Sequence record: DRR723986_4151
Length of the DNA: 64,000 nt
Direction: 5' to 3' (one strand)
Shown: piece after piece, positions 56,482 to 64,000 of the stretch
Layout of the letters: each line of letters opens with the position of its first letter
Position numbering within the stretch: position 1 is the first letter of the stretch
Notes under the pieces: model-generated
Seen by the model: the letters and a program-made list of their open reading frames with translations, nothing else
What the model was told of the DNA's origin: nothing
Databases searched by the model: none
Translations under genes and position numbers: made by a program

Positions 56482-57558
56482 CTATCTAAAGACGCTAAAG
56501 TCTATCTTTAAAGAAAAAACATTTGAATATAGCGCAGCACTTTGGTCGCCAATGTCTGTAAATGCATAATCTATCTGAATGCCTTTATATTTAAAACCAA
56601 CACCAAAGTTGGGTTGAAATGTTAAGTCTTCAGAATTATCAAGTTGTCTTTCCGTCTGAAAATTACCAACACCACCTCTTAAAAAAACTAAATCTGTATA
56701 ACCAAATTCAAATCCTAAAGCCGGATTAATACTGGCAAAAGACGTTGAGAATACATCATTGTTTTCTTCAAACCTTACATTTAAGTTTGCCGCTGCTAAT
56801 AATGAATAATCGTAATTAAATATCCATTTTTTTGATGCACCCAATTGTAATTTCGGTATGGTAATTTCAGTTGTTTCTGGTAATTCTTGATTTTGTCCTT
56901 CAACAGCTCCACTTATTTTTTCAAACTTTTCTTCATTTATAGACCAGGCATTATAAGTGGTAGAGATGTCTCTAGCCATTAATCCAAATTTCCAATTTGT
57001 TTTAGATTCAAACTGAATACCAGCGTCTAGTCCAAAACCCCAAGACGATGCAAAATCTCCAATAATACGTCTAATAACTTTCGCATTTACACCAATATTT
57101 AAACCATCTAGAGGTAGTTTTCTGGCATATGAAAATGTTAAACCATAATCGGCAGTAGAAAAAGTGCTTATTCTATCATAATTAATATTGCCTTGGTCAT
57201 CAATAAGCTGCGTCGTGTCTAAAATATCATCAACACCAAATCTAATAAGTGAAATACCCACTGCACTTCTATCATCTAAAGGCATAGCAAATGCAATGTA
57301 GTTGTAGTTGGCAATATTAGCAAAATAACTAGAGTGCATTAGTGCTAATTGGCTATCTTCAAGATGCACTAATCCTGCCGGATTCCAATATCCGGAATTA
57401 ACATCAGAAGTTTGAGATACAACAGCATTGCTCATACCTAGAGCAGCAGCGTCAACACCAATATTCATGAATTCATTAGAATACTTTCTGGTGGTTTGAG
57501 CTGAAGCAAAAAGCGTAGCTAGTGTTAAGAGAATTACATAGTAATTTTTCAACAGCAA
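56482..57558 (-). CDS. PorV/PorQ-family outer-membrane beta-barrel (T9SS-associated)
   Basis: KYSNEFMNIGV.A.ALGM, SGYWNPAGL, GFGLDAG, IQIDYA. Confidence 0.85.
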   Translation of the reverse strand: MLLKNYYVILLTLATLFASAQTTRKYSNEFMNIGVDAAALGMSNAVVSQTSDVNSGYWNPAGLVHLEDSQLALMHSSYFANIANYNYIAFAMPLDDRSAVGISLIRFGVDDILDTTQLIDDQGNINYDRISTFSTADYGLTFSYARKLPLDGLNIGVNAKVIRRIIGDFASSWGFGLDAGIQFESKTNWKFGLMARDISTTYNAWSINEEKFEKISGAVEGQNQELPETTEITIPKLQLGASKKWIFNYDYSLLAAANLNVRFEENNDVFSTSFASINPALGFEFGYTDLVFLRGGVGNFQTERQLDNSEDLTFQPNFGVGFKYKGIQIDYAFTDIGDQSAALYSNVFSLKIDFSVFR

Positions 57559-57664
57559 AATTTTTTACAAAGATGCACAATATTTTTCTATCTATTTAAC
57601 TTGAAAAGTAGGTTCTTATTGTTTTAGACTCAAATACTTTTATATTTTTACGTAAATTAAGTTT

Positions 57665-58423
57665 ATGGGTATAAAACGTCACATTCCAAACCTGGTAACA
57701 TTACTCAATTTGTTTTCTGGATGTATCGCGGTGATATTCGCAGTCTATGGCAATTTTGTTGCTGCGGCCATTTTTGTTTTTATTGGGATTTTCTTCGATT
57801 TTTTTGATGGACTTTTAGCTCGGAAATTAAATGTTCAAAGCCCATTGGGCATACAGTTAGATTCTTTGGCAGATTTGGTTACTAGTGGAGTAGTACCTGG
57901 TATAATTATGTTTAAATTAATATCCTTAACTGTAGATGCTCCAGATTTTGCATCGTATTCAGAAAGCTGGAATTCTGTTATGCATTGGAAAGGATTTAAG
58001 CTTTCTGTTTTACCATTAATTGGGTTGTTAGTTCCTTTAGCTTCAGCATACAGATTGGCTCGTTTTAATTTAGATGAAGATCAACAAACCTATTTTAAAG
58101 GCCTACCAGTACCTGCCAATACCTTATTAATTTTAGCGTTACCTCTTATTTTAGAATATCAGAATAATGATATTATGAATTCTATTATCGTAAACAAATG
58201 GTTTTTAATAAGCTTAACCTTATTAAGTTGTTATTTGTTGAATTCTAATATCAAGCTTTTTGCTTTAAAGTTTAAAAACTGGAGTTTTAAAAGCAATGCC
58301 ACTCGTTATATATTCTTAATATTAAGTTTGGTGGCACTTATTGTATTGCAATTTGCAGCAATACCATTGGTTGTATTGCTCTATATTTTACTTTCGCTAT
58401 TAGATCAGAAAAACATTCACTAA
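57665..58423 (+). CDS. pssA: CDP-alcohol phosphatidyltransferase (phosphatidylserine synthase-like)
   Basis: IPN.VT..N, DFFDGLLAR...G.QLDSLAD, RLARFN, FKGLPVP. Confidence 0.88.
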   Translation: MGIKRHIPNLVTLLNLFSGCIAVIFAVYGNFVAAAIFVFIGIFFDFFDGLLARKLNVQSPLGIQLDSLADLVTSGVVPGIIMFKLISLTVDAPDFASYSESWNSVMHWKGFKLSVLPLIGLLVPLASAYRLARFNLDEDQQTYFKGLPVPANTLLILALPLILEYQNNDIMNSIIVNKWFLISLTLLSCYLLNSNIKLFALKFKNWSFKSNATRYIFLILSLVALIVLQFAAIPLVVLLYILLSLLDQKNIH

Positions 58424-58443
58424 ATCACTAATTATTACATACT

Positions 58444-59265
58444 ATGGCTGAAATTATTTTCACGTTATTAATGCTTGTTATGCTTCAAGCTGTTCTAGGA
58501 TTTGATAATCTTTTATACATTTCATTAGAGTCTAAAAAGGCACCACAATCAGAGCAAAAACGTGTTAGAAAGGTGGGTATTTTAATAGCCATTGTTTTAA
58601 GAATTGTATTACTGTTTGTATTAGTATCTGTGATAGACTATTTTCAAGAACCATTTTCATTTATGACTGGTCATATTGAAGATGTATTAGATTTTGCTTT
58701 TAATGGTCATAGTATTATTGTGTTAGCTGGTGGTGGTTTTATTATTTACACAGCTATAAAAGAAATTTGGCATATGATTTCTACAAGTAATCTTGAGCAC
58801 GATATAAATGGAGATACAAAACGCAATAAATCTGCTAATGCAGCAATTACAAGTATTGTAATTATGAACTTAGTCTTCTCTTTCGATTCAATTTTAGCAG
58901 CAATTGGTCTAACTAATGAAATTGAAAATTCTACAACAGCATTTATTGTTATGGCAATTGCAATCGTTGCCAGTGGACTTTTAATGTTAGTAATGGCCGA
59001 TAGAATATCTGTATTCTTGGCTAAAAACAGAATGTATGAAGTTTTAGGACTTTTTATTCTTTTTGTTGTTGGTATTATGCTTGTAACCGAAGGTGGTCAT
59101 TTAGCGCATTTAAAAATATTTGGTAATGAGATTGTACCTATGAGTAAAACAACATTTTACTTTGTTATTGCTGTACTAATTGTGGTGGATATTGTACAAG
59201 GACGATATCAAAAGAAATTGATAAGACAAGAGATTGTGGATAATAATGACTCAAGTCAGTTATAA
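58444..59265 (+). CDS. TerC family membrane protein
   Basis: VLGFDNL, LRI.LL, NLVFSFDSILAA. Confidence 0.88.
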   Translation: MAEIIFTLLMLVMLQAVLGFDNLLYISLESKKAPQSEQKRVRKVGILIAIVLRIVLLFVLVSVIDYFQEPFSFMTGHIEDVLDFAFNGHSIIVLAGGGFIIYTAIKEIWHMISTSNLEHDINGDTKRNKSANAAITSIVIMNLVFSFDSILAAIGLTNEIENSTTAFIVMAIAIVASGLLMLVMADRISVFLAKNRMYEVLGLFILFVVGIMLVTEGGHLAHLKIFGNEIVPMSKTTFYFVIAVLIVVDIVQGRYQKKLIRQEIVDNNDSSQL

Positions 59266-59268
59266 AAA

Positions 59269-59454
59269 TTGGCAACTTGGTCTAAATATCTAATTGGATT
59301 ACTTTTAATAAGTTCAGCTATTTATTTACTGAGTTTTTCTGCAAAAATAATAAATAGACAAGATAGAAAGCTAAAACTTTATTTGGGCGCAATTATTCTT
59401 ATTCTATTAGGAATAGGCCTCTTAATCGATGGGTTAGATTTATTCGAATTCTAA
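59269..59454 (+). CDS. Possible small two-TM protein
   Basis: TTG start 3 nt after the terC-like stop; two hydrophobic helices; overlaps the lptB 3' end. Confidence 0.4.
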   Translation: MATWSKYLIGLLLISSAIYLLSFSAKIINRQDRKLKLYLGAIILILLGIGLLIDGLDLFEF

Positions 59455-60183
59455 CTTCTTCTTACGAAGCTCGAAGTTTTGACCTAAGTAAACTTTACGT
59501 ACCATTTCATCACTAGCAAGTTCTTCTGGTATACCTGCTTTTAAAATACCACCTTCAAACATAAGGTAAGTACGGTCTGTTATGGCTAATGTTTCTTGTA
59601 CATTATGGTCAGTAATAAGAATACCGATATTTTTTTTGGTCAGTTTTGCGATAATTCGCTGAATATCTTCTACAGCTACAGGGTCTACACCTGCAAAAGG
59701 CTCATCGAGAAGAATAAAACTCGGATCGGTAGCGAGAGCACGTGCAATTTCTGTTCGTCTACGCTCACCACCAGACAATAAATCACCACGATTGGTTCTA
59801 ATATGACCTAAACCAAATTCTTCAATAAGCGATTCCATTTTATCATGCTGTTCTTTTTTACTCAACTTAGTGAGTTGCAATACACTTAAAATATTATCTT
59901 CTATACTTAATTTTCTAAAAACTGAAGCTTCTTGGGCGAGATAACCAATACCGTTTTGTGCACGTTTGTACATAGGGTATTTGGTAATATTAGTATCATC
60001 TAAATAAATATTACCACCATTGGGTTTAATAATACCTACGATCATATAAAAGGAAGTTGTTTTACCAGCTCCGTTAGGGCCAAGTAAACCAACAATCTCT
60101 CCCTGATTAACCTCTAAAGAGACATCTTTTACCACCTTACGTCCACCGTAGGACTTCATTAATTGTTCTGCTCGTAGTTTCAT
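59440..60183 (-). CDS. lptB: LPS export ABC transporter ATPase
   Basis: [51 protein letters not shown]. Confidence 0.96.
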   Translation of the reverse strand: MKLRAEQLMKSYGGRKVVKDVSLEVNQGEIVGLLGPNGAGKTTSFYMIVGIIKPNGGNIYLDDTNITKYPMYKRAQNGIGYLAQEASVFRKLSIEDNILSVLQLTKLSKKEQHDKMESLIEEFGLGHIRTNRGDLLSGGERRRTEIARALATDPSFILLDEPFAGVDPVAVEDIQRIIAKLTKKNIGILITDHNVQETLAITDRTYLMFEGGILKAGIPEELASDEMVRKVYLGQNFELRKKKLEFE

Positions 60184-60256
60184 ATCTTTTCTAACAACGC
60201 TAAAAATAACAAAATCATATAGATTTGATTGGTCTTAGCTATCATTTATTAAAAGT

Positions 60257-60604
60257 TTAACCTTGTTGTTCTAATGCTTCCCAATATTCATGAGCACGTC
60301 TTAAATGTGGAATAACAATAGTACCACCAACAAGAGTTGCTATGCCTAATGCTTCGCTAACTTCTTCTTTAGATAAGCCTTCCTTGTAAGAGGCTTCTAA
60401 ATGATATTTTACACAATCATCACATCGTAAAACTGCTGAAGCTACTAGTCCTAGTAGTTCTTTTGTTTTTTTGTCCAGAGCTCCATCCTGATATGCATTT
60501 GTATCAAGATTAAAAATTCGTTTAATGATTTTATTGTTATCCGCTAAAATTTTATCATTCATTTTAGCTCGATAATTATTGAATTCTTTGACGATATCAG
60601 ACAT
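60257..60604 (-). CDS. Carboxymuconolactone decarboxylase/AhpD family protein
   Basis: GALDKKTKELLGL, RCDDCVKYH. Confidence 0.9.
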   Translation of the reverse strand: MSDIVKEFNNYRAKMNDKILADNNKIIKRIFNLDTNAYQDGALDKKTKELLGLVASAVLRCDDCVKYHLEASYKEGLSKEEVSEALGIATLVGGTIVIPHLRRAHEYWEALEQQG

Positions 60605-60607
60605 AAT

Positions 60608-61441
60608 TTAGGAGGATTTTAATTTAGAATTTTTTCTTTTTTCTCTTCTCACTACAACAGCAGAAATATAAATACTCACCTGATATAATAGTAATATTGG
60701 AATGGCTACAATAACTTGGCTGGCAATATCTGGTGGAGTAATAATGGCTGCTAGGATTAAAACAATTACCAAAGCAAATTTTCTATATTTTCTAAGGAAT
60801 TGTGGCGTAACTAAGCCCGCTTTAGTTAAAAAGAAAATTACAATCGGGAGCTCAAATACAAAACCAGAAGCAATAGCAGACGATCTAATGATAGCTATGA
60901 CAGAACTTAAATCAAATTCATTTGAAATTTTATCACTGACATTATAGTTCGCTAAAAAGTTTATGGATAATGGTGTTACAATGTAGTATCCAAATAATAC
61001 ACCAATAAAAAATAATATTGATGCAATGATGATAAAACCTCTTGAGTTTTTACGCTCTTTTGCTTTTAAGCCTGGACTGATAAAACTCCATAATTGGTAA
61101 AGCACATAAGGGAATCCAATTACAAATCCGGCATAGATAGATGTCCAAATGTGAGCAGAAAACTGTCCTGCTACGGTTCTATTCTGAATTCTAAAAGGAA
61201 ACTCATCTGCGCAAAAGGTAGTATCATTTATGCCAATGAGTTGAGACATTTTACAAAGACCCTCATAAGTTGGAAAACTCATATTAGTTGGTCCGAAAAT
61301 AATTACATCAAAAATAAATTTCTTGAAAATAAAAGCAATTACAGCAGCAAACAAAACACCTAAAGTTGCTCTTATTAAATGCCATCTTAAATCTTCGAGA
61401 TGATCTAAAAAAGACATCTCATCAATTTTCTTTTTTGCCAT
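60608..61441 (-). CDS. tatC: Twin-arginine translocase subunit TatC
   Basis: MSFLDHLEDLR, QLWSFISPGL, FELP, AAIITPPD. Confidence 0.96.
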   Translation of the reverse strand: MAKKKIDEMSFLDHLEDLRWHLIRATLGVLFAAVIAFIFKKFIFDVIIFGPTNMSFPTYEGLCKMSQLIGINDTTFCADEFPFRIQNRTVAGQFSAHIWTSIYAGFVIGFPYVLYQLWSFISPGLKAKERKNSRGFIIIASILFFIGVLFGYYIVTPLSINFLANYNVSDKISNEFDLSSVIAIIRSSAIASGFVFELPIVIFFLTKAGLVTPQFLRKYRKFALVIVLILAAIITPPDIASQVIVAIPILLLYQVSIYISAVVVRREKRKNSKLKSS

Positions 61442-62406
61442 TATATGATGCCTTCTTTTATTAAATCATGAAGATGAACCACACCTGCATACTCTCCGTT
61501 TTGCTCAACTAGTAACTGAGAAATGCCAAATTCTTCCATCATTTCTTTAGCATCAACTGCCATAGCATCTTCTTGTATGCGTCTTGGGTTGGTACTCATT
61601 ATATCTTTAGCCATTAAACCTTCAATGTCATCACTTTTGCTTAGCATTCGTCTAAGGTCTCCGTCGGTAATAATGCCAACGATTTTGTTTTTATCTAAGA
61701 CTGCAGTAACACCAAGCATTTTCTCAGTAATTTCTACAATAACTTCTTTTAAAGTGGCCTCTAAACCTACTTTTGGTTTTAAGTTTTGAGATGATAGATC
61801 ATTAACTCTCAAATAAAGTCGTTTTCCTAAGGCTCCACCAGGATGATACTTAGCAAAGTCTTTACTAGAAAATCCTCTGAGTTCTAATAAGCAAACGGCT
61901 AATGCATCACCCATTACTAATTGTGCTGTTGTGCTTGTAGTTGGAGCTAAATTATTAGGACAAGCCTCTTGTTCTACATAAGCGTTTAAAACGTAATTGG
62001 CTTGCTTACCAAGAAAGGAATCCTTATTACCTGTAATGGCAATCATTTTATTTTTTGCGTTTTTAATAAGCGGCACCAAAACTTTTATTTCTGGAGTGTT
62101 GCCACTTTTAGAAATACAGATTACAACGTCATCTTTTAAAATTAATCCTAAATCACCATGTATAGCATCTGCAGCATGCATAAAAATGGCAGGTGTACCA
62201 GTAGAATTTAATGTAGCTACAATTTTATTGGCAATAATGGCACTTTTGCCAATACCTGTTATAATAACACGCCCTTTAGAATTATAAATCAATTCTACGG
62301 CTTCTGCAAAATCATTTGTAAGTAATTCCGACAAATTAGCAATGGCTTTGCTCTCTAATTTAATCGTGCTTTTTGCAGTGGTTAAAATGGATGACGTAGT
62401 ATTCAA
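61441..62406 (-). CDS. kdsD: Arabinose-5-phosphate isomerase (KpsF/GutQ family, SIS + CBS)
   Basis: TGIGKS, AIHGDLG, APTTSTT, HPGGALG, ITDGDLRR. Confidence 0.93.
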   Translation of the reverse strand: MNTTSSILTTAKSTIKLESKAIANLSELLTNDFAEAVELIYNSKGRVIITGIGKSAIIANKIVATLNSTGTPAIFMHAADAIHGDLGLILKDDVVICISKSGNTPEIKVLVPLIKNAKNKMIAITGNKDSFLGKQANYVLNAYVEQEACPNNLAPTTSTTAQLVMGDALAVCLLELRGFSSKDFAKYHPGGALGKRLYLRVNDLSSQNLKPKVGLEATLKEVIVEITEKMLGVTAVLDKNKIVGIITDGDLRRMLSKSDDIEGLMAKDIMSTNPRRIQEDAMAVDAKEMMEEFGISQLLVEQNGEYAGVVHLHDLIKEGII

Positions 62407-62493
62407 AATTAATTTTTTTTGGGTTTTCTAGGTTTACAGAAATTGTTATCTTTAAACTTATTGCAAATGTATATAAAATACTAATAGGGATTA

Positions 62494-64000
62494 ATGAGTA
62501 TTGCAGAAATTGACTTACACGCTTCACTTAAAAAATACTTTGGTTTTTCAGAATTTAAAGGCTTACAAGAAGAGGTTATAAAAAATGTAGTTGCAGGTAA
62601 TAATACCTTTGTTATTATGCCAACAGGTGGTGGTAAATCACTCTGTTATCAACTTCCAGCATTAATAAAGGAAGGAACCGCAATCGTGGTGTCTCCTTTA
62701 ATTGCATTAATGAAAAATCAGGTAGATGCTATCAGAGCAGTGTCTGAAAATGAAGGAGTAGCGCATGTATTAAATTCTTCATTAAATAAAACTGAAGTTA
62801 AGCGCGTAAAGGATGATATTGTTAGTGGTGTAACTAAATTGCTTTACGTAGCACCAGAATCACTGACCAAAGAGGAATATGTAGATTTTTTAAGAACGGT
62901 AAAAATATCGTTCATGGCTGTTGATGAAGCCCATTGTATTAGTGAATGGGGACACGACTTTAGACCAGAATACAGAAACTTAAGACATATTATAAAACGT
63001 ATAGAAGATAATATTCCTATTGTCGGTTTAACAGCGACAGCGACTCCTAAAGTACAGGAAGATATATTAAAAAGTCTCGGTATATCTGATGCTGTAACGT
63101 TTAAAGCCTCATTTAACAGGCCAAATTTGTACTATGAAGTACGCCCAAAAACAAAAAATGTAGACGCTGATATCATTCGATTTGTAAAACAAAACGAAGG
63201 TAAATCTGGTATTGTTTATTGTTTGAGTAGAAAACGCGTTGAAGAATTAGCACAGGTACTACAAGTCAATGGTTTAAAAGCAGTACCATATCACGCTGGT
63301 TTAGATGCTAAAACACGTGTTAAGCATCAAGACATGTTCCTAATGGAAGATACAGATGTGGTAGTAGCAACTATTGCTTTTGGTATGGGAATAGATAAAC
63401 CAGATGTGCGTTTTGTGATTCATCATGATATCCCAAAAAGTATTGAAAGTTATTATCAGGAAACTGGAAGAGCAGGTAGAGATGGAGGAGAAGGTCATTG
63501 TTTGGCATATTATGCTTATAAAGACATTGAGAAGCTTGAGAAGTTTATGTCTGGCAAACCTGTTGCAGAACAAGAAATCGGTCACGCATTATTACAAGAA
63601 GTGGTCGCCTTTGCAGAGACTTCAATTTCCAGACGAAAATTTATTCTCCATTATTTTGGTGAAGAGTTTGATAATGAAACTGGTGAAGGTGGTGACATGG
63701 ACGATAACGTTCGAAATCCTAAAAAACAGGTCGAAGCTCAAGACGACGTCAAAGTTTTATTAGAAACGGTACAAAAGACCAACGAAAAGTATAAGTCTAA
63801 AGACTTGGTGCAAGTTATTGTTGGTAATTCTAATGCTTTAATCTCATCACATAAAACAGATACACAGCCATTTTTTGGCATAGGGAAAGACAAAGAGGCA
63901 AGACATTGGATGGCCTTAATACGTCAGGTCCTAGTAGCTGATTATTTAAAGAAAGATATAGAGACTTATGGTGTTTTGCGTTTAAGTGAAGCTGGCAAAG
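62494..64000 (+). CDS. recQ: ATP-dependent DNA helicase RecQ, runs off the window
   Basis: Not in ORF track; own translation from ATG 62494: MPTGGGKSLCYQLP, VDEAHCISEWGHDFRP, TATAT, YHAG, ATIAFGMGIDKPDVR, YYQETGRAGRDG. Confidence 0.96.
   Translation, partial: MSIAEIDLHASLKKYFGFSEFKGLQEEVIKNVVAGNNTFVIMPTGGGKSLCYQLPALIKEGTAIVVSPLIALMKNQVDAIRAVSENEGVAHVLNSSLNKTEVKRVKDDIVSGVTKLLYVAPESLTKEEYVDFLRTVKISFMAVDEAHCISEWGHDFRPEYRNLRHIIKRIEDNIPIVGLTATATPKVQEDILKSLGISDAVTFKASFNRPNLYYEVRPKTKNVDADIIRFVKQNEGKSGIVYCLSRKRVEELAQVLQVNGLKAVPYHAGLDAKTRVKHQDMFLMEDTDVVVATIAFGMGIDKPDVRFVIHHDIPKSIESYYQETGRAGRDGGEGHCLAYYAYKDIEKLEKFMSGKPVAEQEIGHALLQEVVAFAETSISRRKFILHYFGEEFDNETGEGGDMDDNVRNPKKQVEAQDDVKVLLETVQKTNEKYKSKDLVQVIVGNSNALISSHKTDTQPFFGIGKDKEARHWMALIRQVLVADYLKKDIETYGVLRLSEAGK

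Noticed and set aside
58444-59265. Tellurite-resistance island
   Set aside because: Solitary TerC-family gene without terA/B/D/Z; more likely a housekeeping metal or membrane function
1-64000. CRISPR arrays, tRNA/rRNA genes, IS elements, prophage or defence genes
   Set aside because: No spaced direct repeats, RNA-gene signatures, transposase or integrase motifs seen by eye; intergenic gaps are all under about 300 nt

Overview
AT-rich Bacteroidota chromosome segment, Flavobacteriaceae-like (TAnnTTTG -7 promoter boxes, a T9SS cargo protein and a PorV-like barrel, long SecA, DUF2795/DUF2911/DUF4105). Housekeeping genes flank the window (mnmA, meaB, secA, ABC-F, pssA, lptB, tatC, kdsD, recQ). 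It contains (i) a probable lipid A/LPS sugar-modification cassette at 7.1-11.7 kb; (ii) a decaying patch at 13.5-15.6 kb, with an ECF sigma factor fused in frame to an unrelated C-terminus and a Cys/His-finger membrane gene broken by TGA; and (iii) a ~30 kb, 25-gene surface-polysaccharide locus at 24.8-55.3 kb. That locus combines Wza/Wzc with Wzm/Wzt (no Wzx) and encodes UDP-HexNAc-uronate synthesis, two sulfotransferases, an exostosin (GT47)-like, a GT34-like and a GH130/GT91-like propeller protein, a pyruvyl- and a methyltransferase, two Asn-synthetase-like enzymes and a transglutaminase-like protein. This candidate sulfated, amidated, glycosaminoglycan-like glycan system is the most interesting element. 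No rRNA, tRNA, CRISPR or IS element was recognised. All family calls come from motifs read by eye; no database searches were run.
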